Assembly: GCA_963821525.1 (NCBI GenBank)
Contig: CAWGED010000005.1
Span: 1,056,001 to 1,120,000, forward strand
Origin: an uncultured Gemmatimonadales bacterium
GTDB lineage: Bacteria; Gemmatimonadota; Gemmatimonadetes; Gemmatimonadales; GWC2-71-9
Length of the DNA: 64,000 bases
Reading direction: 5' to 3'
The notes under the pieces were generated by a model. It had not been told where the DNA came from. It saw nothing but the letters and a program-made list of their open reading frames with translations, and made no database searches. Below, in pieces: positions 1-9,615 of the stretch. A program made the position numbers and the translations under genes. Position 1 is the first letter of the stretch; every line of letters starts with the position of its first letter.

Positions 1-2
1 TG

Positions 3-488
3 AGTGACGTCTGGGCTCGTGGTGGGGAAGGGGGCGAGGACGTGGCGAAGGAGATTCTGCAGACTCTGGCCGAAGGCAAGGCCAACTTCAAGCCGATCTA
101 CGACGCATCGCTGCCCATCAAGCAGAAGATTCAGACCATCGCCATGCAGGTCTACGGCGCTGAAGGGGTCACCTTCTCGGCGACCGCGGACAAGTCGATC
201 CAGCAATGCGAGGACATGGGGCTGGGCCAGACGCCGGTCTGCATGGCCAAGACCCAGTATTCCTTCAGCGACGATCCCACGAAACTGGGCCGGCCGACCG
301 GCTTCAAGATCAATGTTCGCGATGTATATCCTTCGGCCGGCGCGGGCTTCGTCGTTGCGCTGGCCGGGGAGATCATGACTATGCCGGGCCTCAGCAAGAC
401 CCCGTCGGCCGAGGCGATTCGAGTGCACGAGGACGGGCGGATCGAGGGACTCTATCTCGACCGGGGTGGGTGTAGGTGTAGGCAGTAG
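3..488 (+). CDS. fhs: formate--tetrahydrofolate ligase, C-terminal part (5' truncated by window)
   Basis: VWARGGEGG...PVCMAKTQYSFSDDPTKLGRP...GAGFVVALAGEIMTMPGL are characteristic Fhs C-terminal motifs. Confidence 0.95.
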   Translation, partial: SDVWARGGEGGEDVAKEILQTLAEGKANFKPIYDASLPIKQKIQTIAMQVYGAEGVTFSATADKSIQQCEDMGLGQTPVCMAKTQYSFSDDPTKLGRPTGFKINVRDVYPSAGAGFVVALAGEIMTMPGLSKTPSAEAIRVHEDGRIEGLYLDRGGCRCRQ

Positions 489-526
489 GGACCCCAACCA
501 CTCTGCACCCCCCACTCCACTTCCAA
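463..526. repeat. degenerate hexamer array, G-rich arm then C-rich arm
   Basis: ggggtg-ggtgta-ggtgta followed by cactct/cacccc/cactcc/cacttc. Confidence 0.45.
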
Positions 527-532
527 CGAATC

Positions 533-916
533 ATGACTCCAATCGAAGCCATCGCCACCGACAACGCACCCAAAGCCATCGGGCCTTACAGCCAGGCCAC
601 TGTCGCTAACGGGATGGTGTACACAGCGGGCCAGATTGCGTTCGACCCGACCACCATGGAGGTCGTCACCGGAGGAATCCGGGAGCAGACCGAGCGGGTG
701 CTCGCGAATCTTCAGGCCGTGCTTAAGGCGGCGGGATCCGATTTTTCAAAAGTCGTGAAGACCACCGTCTTCCTGGTGGACATGGCCGACTTCACTGCGA
801 TGAACGAGGTCTACGCTACCGCCTTCGGTTCCCACAAACCTGCCCGGTCGACCGTTGCGGTCGCTGCGCTGCCGCGAGGCGTGCGGGTGGAGATCGACGT
901 GGTGGCGACGGTGTAG
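533..916 (+). CDS. ridA: RidA/YjgF family enamine deaminase
   Basis: APKAIGPYSQA...VVKTTVFL...PARSTVAVAALPRGVRVEID. Confidence 0.95.
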   Translation: MTPIEAIATDNAPKAIGPYSQATVANGMVYTAGQIAFDPTTMEVVTGGIREQTERVLANLQAVLKAAGSDFSKVVKTTVFLVDMADFTAMNEVYATAFGSHKPARSTVAVAALPRGVRVEIDVVATV

Positions 917-969
917 GGATTTCTGCAATTATCTTCTTCGTCACTGAGCTCTCCCTGCAATCCAACCAT

Positions 970-1067
970 GGGGGTGGATCGGGCCTGGTGGCCTGGCCGG
1001 TCTTCAAAACCGCGACGGAGGCGCCTCCGGCGGCTCCGGTGGGTTCGATTCCCACACGCTCCCGCCA
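970..1067 (+). tRNA. selC: tRNA-Sec (anticodon TCA)
   Basis: extended acceptor stem GGGGGTG/CGCTCCC, G discriminator plus encoded CCA, anticodon loop CT-TCA-AA (TCA at 1004-1006), long variable arm, GGTTCGATTCC T-arm. Confidence 0.93.
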
Positions 1068-1094
1068 CCCCGCCCGGGAAAGGACTCCCGCATC

Positions 1095-1992
1095 GTGAGC
1101 ACGCTGCTCCTCGTGAACCCCGCCGCCGGCGGTGGGCGGGCAGCGCGGCTCGCGAACGAAGTCGCCGCCGCGGCGCGCGAAGCGTGGGGCGAGGTGGTGT
1201 TATCGGAAACCCGGGCGCCGGGTCACGGTACCGAGCAGGTTCGTGACGCCGTGCGGCAAGGGGTGAGGAGAGTACTCGTCCTGGGCGGCGACGGCACGAT
1301 GCATGAAGCCGCCAACGGAATTCTCTCCTCGGCGGTGCCCGACTTGCCGCCAATTGGGGTGATTCCCGGGGGCACCGGGAATGACTACGCGAAGATCGCC
1401 GGCACCGTGGGGCTTCCGGCTGCCATCGCGGTTGATCGGCTGGCTCGGGGAAGGGTCCGCTACCTCGACGTGGGAATCGCGTGGGAGGAATACTTCCTGA
1501 ACGCGATCGGGATCGGGTTCGACGCGGAAGTCGCGCGCTACATGAACTCCAACCCGCACGCAGGCGGTCTAGCCGGGTATCTCCACGCGGTCGTGCGGGT
1601 GCTGGAGAGACTACCGGCCGTTCCGAGCCGAGGTCTTGGCCGACGACGGAAACAGCTTCACCGACGGACTCATGCTCCTCGAAGTCGGCATTGGCAATGT
1701 GGTGGGTGGTGGATTTCGTCTGACTCCTGATGCTCAACCCGACGACGGATTGTTCGATGTCTGCGCCATCCGTCAGGTGTCGATTCCCGGCTTGTTGCTC
1801 CGATTGCCTCTCACCATTCCCGGCTGGCATACCCGACTGCGCGTCGTGCGAAGCTTCCGGACAGCGACCCTTACCGTGATCGGCCTGGACGGCCCCCTCG
1901 TCGCTCAGCTGGACGGAGAGGTCCGCACCCGCGAGGGCCGCATGGAAATCCGTGTCGAGCCTGCGCGGCTGCCGGTGATGGTCGTCAGGTGA
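1095..1992 (+). CDS. diacylglycerol kinase family (YegS/DAGK-like) lipid kinase; one indel near 1620
   Basis: NPAAGGG, GGDGT, GTGNDYA, AQLDGE motifs split over ORFs 1095..1730 and 1636..1992. Confidence 0.9.
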
Positions 1993-3020
1993 CCCCGTTG
2001 CGTCATTTCTCCAGCGACAACAACGCCGGAGCCCTCCCGGAAGTACTCCGGGCCATCGCCGAGGCGAATAGCGGTCACGTGCCCTCGTACGGAGGCGACC
2101 CGTACACCGCCAAGGCCGAAGCCGCGCTTAAGAAGGAATTCGGCGAAGGAACCACGGCCTTTCTGGTCTGGAATGGCACAGCGGCTAACGTGCTCGGCCT
2201 CCAGGCGGTGACTCGTCCCTACCAGGCGGTCATCTGTGCCGCGGGCGCCCACATCGACGTGGACGAGTGCGGAGCGCCGGAACGATTCAGCGGCTGTAAG
2301 CTTCTCCCCGTACCGACCGCGGACGGCAAGCTTCGGCCAGATGACCTGCCCCCGCTTCTTCTCTCCCGCGGCGACGAACACCGGGCCCAGCCACGAGTCC
2401 TCTCTATCACTCAGGCCACTGAGCTCGGAACCGTGTACAGTCCGGCGGAGTTGCGGGCGCTGACCGCAGCCGCCCATGCCAACGACTTGTTGGTTCACGT
2501 GGACGGGGCTCGGCTGTGCAATGCGGCCGCCAGCCTGGGACTGTCATTTCGGGAAATCACCAGTGACCTGGGTGTGGATCTGGTGTCCTTCGGTGGGACC
2601 AAAGCCGGACTCCTCGGTGCCGAGGCCGTCCTGTTTCTGAATGGGCTGGAAATTCCCGAGTTCAAGTATCTTCGTAAGCAGGGGACCCACCTCGCGTCGA
2701 AGATGCGGTTCCTTGCGGTGCAGTTCGAGGTTCTACTCAAGGACCAGCTTTGGCGGCGCAGCGCCTCTCACGCGAACGCGATGGCGCGTCGCCTCGCCGA
2801 GAAACTCCAGGGACTGGAACGGGTCCGCATAACCCAACCGGTCGAGGCGAACGGTGTCTTCGCGGTGATCCCGCCGGAAACGGTGGGTCCGTTACAGGCC
2901 CGACGGCGGTTTCAACTCTGGAATCCGGTCACTTCCGAGGTGAGGTGGATGACTGCGTGGGATACTACCGAAGAGGACGTGGACGCATTCGCCGCGGATA
3001 TCAGGGAGATCGTGGGATGA
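1989..3020 (+). CDS. ltaE: low-specificity L-threonine aldolase
   Basis: FSSDNNAG, HVDGARL, SFGGTK (PLP lysine), LASKMRF. Confidence 0.9.
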   Translation: MTPLRHFSSDNNAGALPEVLRAIAEANSGHVPSYGGDPYTAKAEAALKKEFGEGTTAFLVWNGTAANVLGLQAVTRPYQAVICAAGAHIDVDECGAPERFSGCKLLPVPTADGKLRPDDLPPLLLSRGDEHRAQPRVLSITQATELGTVYSPAELRALTAAAHANDLLVHVDGARLCNAAASLGLSFREITSDLGVDLVSFGGTKAGLLGAEAVLFLNGLEIPEFKYLRKQGTHLASKMRFLAVQFEVLLKDQLWRRSASHANAMARRLAEKLQGLERVRITQPVEANGVFAVIPPETVGPLQARRRFQLWNPVTSEVRWMTAWDTTEEDVDAFAADIREIVG

Positions 3021-3556
3021 GGCGAATCCTCGTCGTGCTGGTGGCTCTACTGAGTGTGAGCGGCCGGCTGGGGGCGCAGGACTCGATTCCGGCGCCACCC
3101 GATACCTCGGCCGTCACCCCGGCTGATTCGTTGGTTCCGGGAAGTCTGGCCGGGCTCACTCCGTTGCAACGAGACAGTGCCCGGAATGCCGCGCGGCCGG
3201 TGAGTCCCCTCGGCGCGCTGGGGCGCAGCATCCTCATACCCGGTTGGGGGCAGGCCAAGCTCAATCGCAAACTGACTGGCGCCATTTTCATCACGGTCGA
3301 GGCCATCAGCCTTGGGATGGCCCTCAAGGCCGAGAATGAGCGGGAGTACCTGCGACGAACCCAGTCGAGCAGAGCCGACGCCAAGGCGAACGAGGTGGAT
3401 GATTGGCTGGTGATTCTAGGCTTCAATCACCTCATGGCAGGCCTCGAGGCGTACGTGTCGGCACACCTCTGGGACTTTCCTCCTGACCTCAAGCTTCAAC
3501 CCATCCCTGGTGGCGGAGTCGCGGGCAGCGTGAGCCTGCCGGTGCGAATACCGTGA
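3017..3556 (+). CDS. secreted/membrane protein, DUF5683-like
   Basis: signal peptide; RSILIPGWGQ and EAYVSAHL motifs; ATG overlaps the ltaE stop. Confidence 0.7.
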   Translation: MRRILVVLVALLSVSGRLGAQDSIPAPPDTSAVTPADSLVPGSLAGLTPLQRDSARNAARPVSPLGALGRSILIPGWGQAKLNRKLTGAIFITVEAISLGMALKAENEREYLRRTQSSRADAKANEVDDWLVILGFNHLMAGLEAYVSAHLWDFPPDLKLQPIPGGGVAGSVSLPVRIP

Positions 3557-4351
3557 ATTCGGCTCCGATCGGCATCTTCGACTCGGGGATCGGAGGCCTC
3601 ACGGTCACCCACTCGATCTTCGAGCGGCTGCCTCACGAATCCACGATCTATTTCGGGGACACCGCCCGGGTGCCTTACGGTCCCAAGAGCCCGGACACGG
3701 TGCGGCGCTATAGCCTCGAGATTCTCCACTGGCTCGTCGGGCAAGGCGTTAAGCTGGTGGTCGTGGCCTGCAACACCAGCACCGCTCACGCGCTTCAGGC
3801 CCTGCGATCCGAGTCGCCGGTTCCGGTCATCGGAGTGATCGAGCCGGGCGCCACCGCTGCCGTCGCGGCGACTCGCGTAGGCCCGATCGGTGTGATCGGT
3901 ACCGCAGGGACCATCGCGAGCAATGCCTACGCGAAGGCGATCCACGCACTCGAACCGGGCGCGCGAGTGGAGCAGGTCGCCTGCCCGCTGTTCGTGCCTC
4001 TGGTGGAGGAGGGATGGTTCGAGCATCCCGCCGCGCAGTTGATCGCGGAGGAGTACCTCGGGTCGTTACGCGAAGCTAAGGTGGAATGCTCTCGTTCTGG
4101 GTTGCACCCATTATCCGCTCCTCAAGCCACTGCTCGGAAAGGTGATGGGTCCCCAGGTCAAGCTGATCGACAGCGCCCAGGAAACGGCGCGGGTCGTCGC
4201 ATCGGCGCTCAAGGAAAAAGGTCTCGAAGCCGCCTCCGGCGCTCCGGTCACTCATCGCTTCGTCGTGAGCGATGACGAGGCCCGCTTTCGGGTGGTGGGC
4301 TCCCGGTTCCTGGGCGAGCGGTTGGGTAAAGCTGAAGTCGTGGCGATCTAG
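3553..4351 (+). CDS. murI: glutamate racemase; indel near 4090
   Basis: IFDSGIGGLT, VACNTST; the GCTHYP motif is readable after the frameshift. Confidence 0.95.
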
Positions 4352-4356
4352 GCCAC

Positions 4357-6190
4357 CTACGAACGGCGCAGCGTCTCCTCGAGTTCCCTCTCCAATTCGT
4401 CGGCATCCCCAACCTTGCTCTTGAGCCGGAGCAAGCCCAACCGGGCATTCTCCAGTGCACTCAGCAGTTCGAGACGACGGTCGCTGGTTACCCGCTGAGC
4501 CTGTTCGAGATCTCTGATCAGTGTTTCATGTTTTACTGCGACTCCGCCGCCCGAGGTTGAAGTAGGCCCCCTCACCTGATCCAGCGTGTCGGTCAACTCG
4601 AGATCGCGCTGTACCAAGCGCTCTAACTCCCGGTCTACCTGATCAAACAGAGTACGGAATCGAGCGGACCGGTGGCGTTGTTCGCGAGGAAGGTCCTCCA
4701 GCAGAGTGCGCGGGCCTGCCGACGGCGTCGACCCGGCTGCCGTGTTGCTCTAGCCCCAGGCTGCCCAGCCAGAAGAGGAACCGGCCTACCGGTCCCGTCC
4801 ACAGGCCGTGCATCCGCCGATCCATCCGGCCGCTCCTCGCAACACCGGCGATAGTGAAAACGAGGGTCCCCATCGCCACGGCGATGCCCAGCACCAGCGC
4901 AACCGTCCCAATCGGCGTGAAGATGTGGCCAGGTGGAGGCCGTTTCTGACTCAGCGCGAAGAGCAGGAGCAACACGGCGACCAGGCCGCTGAGCGCGAGC
5001 AGCACCGCTCGCATCCGCCTTCGCTGGTTATAGTCTGGCGCGGCGCGCAGTGCGGCGGTGGCAGCCAGCCTCTCGTGGTCCATGTCCCCCAGGCCCGCGA
5101 CCAGGTCTCCAAAGTCGAGCTCCTGCCGGGCGAGATCCCGCATGCCGAGAGGTATCTGGATCCAGAGCGAGATCACCAGAACCAGAAACATCGTGCCGGA
5201 AACCAGTTGCTCGAGCTCGCTGTGGAACCGTCCTACTACCTGAGAACTGAGCAGTGTCAGGATGAGGCCGACCCGGAAGAATTGATCGCTCCTGGTGACC
5301 CACAGCCGAATCGAGGTGGGAACTTCCTTTCGGCCGGCCCGGATTCCTTCGAGTGCATCCACCAGCTCCTCGCCGCGGGAAAACCGGTCCTGCGGCTCCT
5401 TGGCGAGACAGCGATCGATCGTGTCACCAAGTGGAGCAGGGAGGTCGGGTCGCAGCTCGAGGATCGGTGGCGCCGGCCGGCTCATGTGCATGGCGAGAAT
5501 GGCCTGTGCGCTCTCCCCATCGAATGGAGCCCGTCCGGTCACCGCAAAGAACGACGCCACTCCCAGCGAGTAGAGGTCACTCCGGCCGTCGAGCTGGTCC
5601 CCGGCCGCCTGCTCCGGGCTCATGAAGTGTGGGGTACCGACGACTTCTCCCACTTGAGTCAATCCGGAGGCCGCAAACGAGCGCGCGATTCCGAAATCGG
5701 TAACCATCGCCCGTCCGGTCGCCCGTTCCAGCAGGATGTTGTCCGGCTTCACGTCCCGGTGCACCACGCCGCGGCCATGGGCGTACGACAAGGCCCAAGC
5801 CACCTCCTGTATCAACCGTGCGGCCGCGGTCGCGGTGAGCGGGCCGTGACGGCGAACGACCTGGGTCAAGGTCTCCCCATCCACGAATCCCATCACGAAG
5901 AAGAGGAGCGTGGGCGTCTCCTCGACGGCGTGCACCGGCACGATGTTGGGATGAGAAAAGGAGGCCGCGGTCCGGGTTTCCCGCAGAAACCGCTCGCGCA
6001 GTTCGGGTCTGACCGCGAGCTCGGGCAGCAAGACCTTGATCGCGACCAGCCGGTCGAGCCGGATGTCGCGCGCCAGATAGACTGTCGCCATGCCTCCCCG
6101 ACCCAGCTCTCGCTCGACGGAATACCGACCGGCCAGGGCCGCTTGAACCTCGAGCAGGATCGGATCGGTTGGGGCGAGGGTTTGAGGCAT
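4357..6190 (-). CDS. Hanks-type Ser/Thr protein kinase with C-terminal TM segments and helical tail; indel(s) near 4620-4740
   Basis: LGRGGMATVY, VAIK, HRDVKPDN, DFG, GTPHFMSPEQ. Confidence 0.92.
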
Positions 6191-6192
6191 GA

Positions 6193-6923
6193 TCAGGCGG
6201 TGAACCGGATCAGTTCGGTACGCTCGTCGCCGAGGACAGCGTAGCGGTATCCATCAAACCATGCTCCCGGATTGAGATAGTGACGCCCCGGGAGAGGCTC
6301 TGAAAGCATCGCCTTGTGAGTGTGGCCGAGGACGATCGCCCCAATACTCGAATCGCTTTCGAGGCGTGCCTCCGCCCAGCGCTGCTGCTGGCGGGCCGCG
6401 TCGGCCTGGCCGCCGGGTCCGGCTCTGAATTGCCGAGGCTGGCGCTCAGGTGATCCACGAGCCAGTGCCCTACGTCCGGATGCAGGGACCTGAATCCAGC
6501 GATGGCCAGGGGATGCCGGGTCACGCGGTGCAGCCATCGCGCGGAGGGGCGAGTCTCTGTTACGCCATCCCCGTGCAGCGCGAGAACGACGCGCCTACCT
6601 ATTCCCAAGCGGACCTCGGAGGGGCTGAACTCAATGCCGAGTTCCTTCTGCCAGAATGTCCCCCCCCACCGGTCATGGTTCCCGCCGGTCATCACCACCG
6701 GGATACGACGACGCAACTCGGCCAGACCGGCCGCCACGCGGAAGCCGGCGCGGGGTACTACCCGTTTATAGGTGAACCAGAACTCGAAAAGGTCTCCATT
6801 GATAAGGAGGCAATCGCCCAGACTCGGCGCTGCCGCCAGGAATGCCAGGAAGGCCTCCTCGGTTTCGGAGGTGCCGCGGCCCAGATGGGCATCGCTGACG
6901 ACCAGCAGGCGTTGGCCCAGCAC
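6193..6923 (-). CDS. lpxH: UDP-2,3-diacylglucosamine diphosphatase (LpxH-like metallophosphoesterase); indel near 6400
   Basis: SDAHLG, NGDLF, GNHD, HGD, LGHTH, NPGAW. Confidence 0.8.
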
Positions 6924-7063
6924 GGCGCCGAAGATGGCCGCTTCGGTAGCAGCCCGCAAGCGATTGCCCGGTTTGACTTTCCTCACAATGCCGGGCACCT
7001 TCTTTTCTCCGGCCGCCCTACGCCTCTTGTTGTGCCCTCCGCCACCTTTTCGAGCGTCTACCA

Positions 7064-7484
7064 GTGAGTCCTGCCGACAGGGAATCGGTCATCACGGTCC
7101 GGGTCAACTACTCGGAAACCGACCAAATGGGTGTGGTGTACCACGCCCGCTACGTCGTCTGGCTGGACATGGCCCGGACCGAGCATTTGCGGGAGGCGGG
7201 CTTCAGCTACAAGGAACTGGAGGACCAGGGTAGTCAGGCTCGTTGTCACCGACCTGAGAATCCGCTACGCGGGACCGGCCCGGTACGACGATCTGGTCAG
7301 GATTCGTTGCCGGGTGCGTGAAGTAGCGAGCCGGAAGGTGGTGTTCGACTACGTCATCGAGCACGCCGAGAACGGTGTTCCGATGGCCACCGCCGAAACG
7401 GCGCTGGTTTGCCTCGATCGCGACCACCGACTCTCGCGCCTTCCGGCCAATGTGGTCGCGGCGCTTCAACCAACGGGGGAGTGA
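7064..7484 (+). CDS. acyl-CoA thioesterase (YbgC/4HBT family); indel near 7230
   Basis: RVNYSETDQMGVVYHARY...PARYDD. Confidence 0.9.
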
Positions 7485-9615
7485 TGGGATTGAAGGATTG
7501 GTGGATTGAGGGATTGAGGGATGGCAGGATTGAGGGATTGAGGGATTGGAGGATTGAGGGATTGAAGGAGTGGAAGGGTCGTGGGGATAGACTCTGGGTC
7601 ATCCTCCTCGTTCAATCCCTCAATCCCTCGATCCCCCAATCCCTCCACGCCCAAACCGATCTGTTGGTCGAGGCGATCGCGCCGATCATTGCCGCCGAGG
7701 ATGCGCGAAGCTTCGATGAGTCGCTTCTCCGGCGCTCAACCCTTTCGCCCGACTCACTGGTTCGGCGCATCGCTGCTCTCTCCGCCGGCCGGCTGGGTGA
7801 TCTCCGGGCGATTCCCCTGCTGCTCCCCCTCCTGGTGGATCCGGATACCATCGTTGAATCCAACGCGGCGTTCGCTCTCGGCCTGCTCGCCGACTCTTCC
7901 GTTTCCGATGACCTGATCAAGCGGTTGGAGGATCCCGAGCTCGTGCCTCCTGCTGCGGCGCTCGAGATGGTGACCGCCTTGGCCAAAACCGGTGGGGCCG
8001 AGGCTGGGCGCTGGTTTCGTTCCCTCCTGGCCGGTTCCTCGCTGACGAGCTCGGGAAGATCGCAACGATCTTGTCCGGCGCGCCGTCACCGAGGCATGGC
8101 GCCTCGGGAAGAACGCTCCGGTTGACGGCCTGCTCGGCATGGTGGGAACCGATGACGATGACCTGCGATGGAACATCTACTATTCGCTGGGCCGCCTCCG
8201 TGCTCCTGCCGCCGCCTCCCGGATGCTCGACGCCCTGGGCGATCGCTATCCCCTCACTCGCGCAGCTGCGGCCCGAACGCTGACCAAGGCCTACGCCGAC
8301 TCCTCCCGCCTGGACGGTGAAAGCGTCGCCCGGCTGTTGCTTCGTGCAACCGGCGACGTGGACCCCGGAGTCAGGGTTCAGGCCCTGCGTTCCCTGGCAA
8401 CCTTCAAACGGGGAGACCTTGGCGCCCGGGCGACCGTGTTGCTGGATGACGCAGTCCCAGGGGTTGCCGTTGAGGCAGCCACGGTAATGCGGGACATGCC
8501 TGATCCCAAAGTGGCAACCGAGCTGGTCCGAGTCGTCTCCTCCTCCAAAGGGACCTTCGCCCGACGCCGCGCCGCGCTGGTCAGCCTGGCAGCCGTGGAC
8601 TCGGCCGCATTTCTCAAGTTCGAGAGTTCGTGGACCAACAGCTCGGACTGGCGGCAACGCTCCGCCGCCGCCGAGGCTTGGGCGAAGGTGAGGCACGGGG
8701 GCCGTCGCGAATTCCTGCAGGATGCCGATGGGCGCGTGGTCGCCGCTGCCCTCGATGCCTGGGGGACTACAGCAGAGGAGCACGACAGTGCGTTCGTGGA
8801 GACCTGCCGGGGTCTGCTCAATCATCGCGACGCCGCGGTCCGGAGCCTGGCCGCCGACGGCTTGGCGAAGGACCCGGCCGAGTCGGACATCACTGCTCTC
8901 ACCAAAGCGTTCCGCTCGGCCTCGCGAGATTCCTTTCCCGAGGCCCGTCTCTCCGATCTCGCGGCGCTGAAGGCGATTGCCAAGCTGTCAGATACGGCGG
9001 CCCATCGGGTTGATCAGGAGTTTTTGAACGCGAGCACCCCGCCCGACGATTACCTGGTGCGGCGATGGGCGGAGGAAAACTGGCCTGAGGCAGCGGCCAA
9101 ATGGGGAAGTCCTTACCCGGTGCGGACCGGCCGGACGATGGAGGACTACCGTGAGGTCACCCGGACGTATCTGGTTGGCCAAAGCCCGAACGCGGTATCC
9201 GCACGTCAAGGTTGATGTAGATCAGCTGGGGGTGATTGAGCTCGAGTTGTTCGGGCCGGAAGCGCCGCTCACGGTGAATAGCTTCTTGAAATTGGTCGAT
9301 CGCGGATACTTCAATGGCCAAAGGTTCCACCGCATGGTGCCCAACTTCGTGGTTCAAACCGGTGATCCGCGGGGCGACGGATGGGGCGGTCCGGGCGGAG
9401 CCATACGGGACGAGATCAACCCGCGCCGTTATAAGACCAGCACCGTCGGCATGGCACTCTCCGGGCCCGACACCGGTGGCAGCCAGTGGTTCATCACCTT
9501 GGGGCCGCAGCCGCATCTCGATGGCATTTACACCGTTTTCGGCCAGGTCGTGGATGGCTATCCAGTGCTCAACCGGATCACCCAAGGCGATCTGATTCGT
9601 TCAATCAAGAAATGA
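7484..9615 (+). CDS. secreted HEAT-repeat protein with C-terminal cyclophilin-type peptidyl-prolyl isomerase; indels
   Basis: HEAT-like repeats (DPGVRVQALRSL etc.); FHRMVPNFVVQTGDPRGDGWGG...DTGGSQWFIT...HLDGIYTVFGQV. Confidence 0.88.
7486..7651. repeat. octamer array GGGATTGA (11 units, 7486-7573) plus inverted arm TCAATCCC (4-5 units, 7612-7651)
   Basis: read directly from the sequence. Confidence 0.95.

Noticed and set aside
7486..7651. Possible CRISPR array
   Set aside because: 8-nt tandem units without unique spacers; no cas genes
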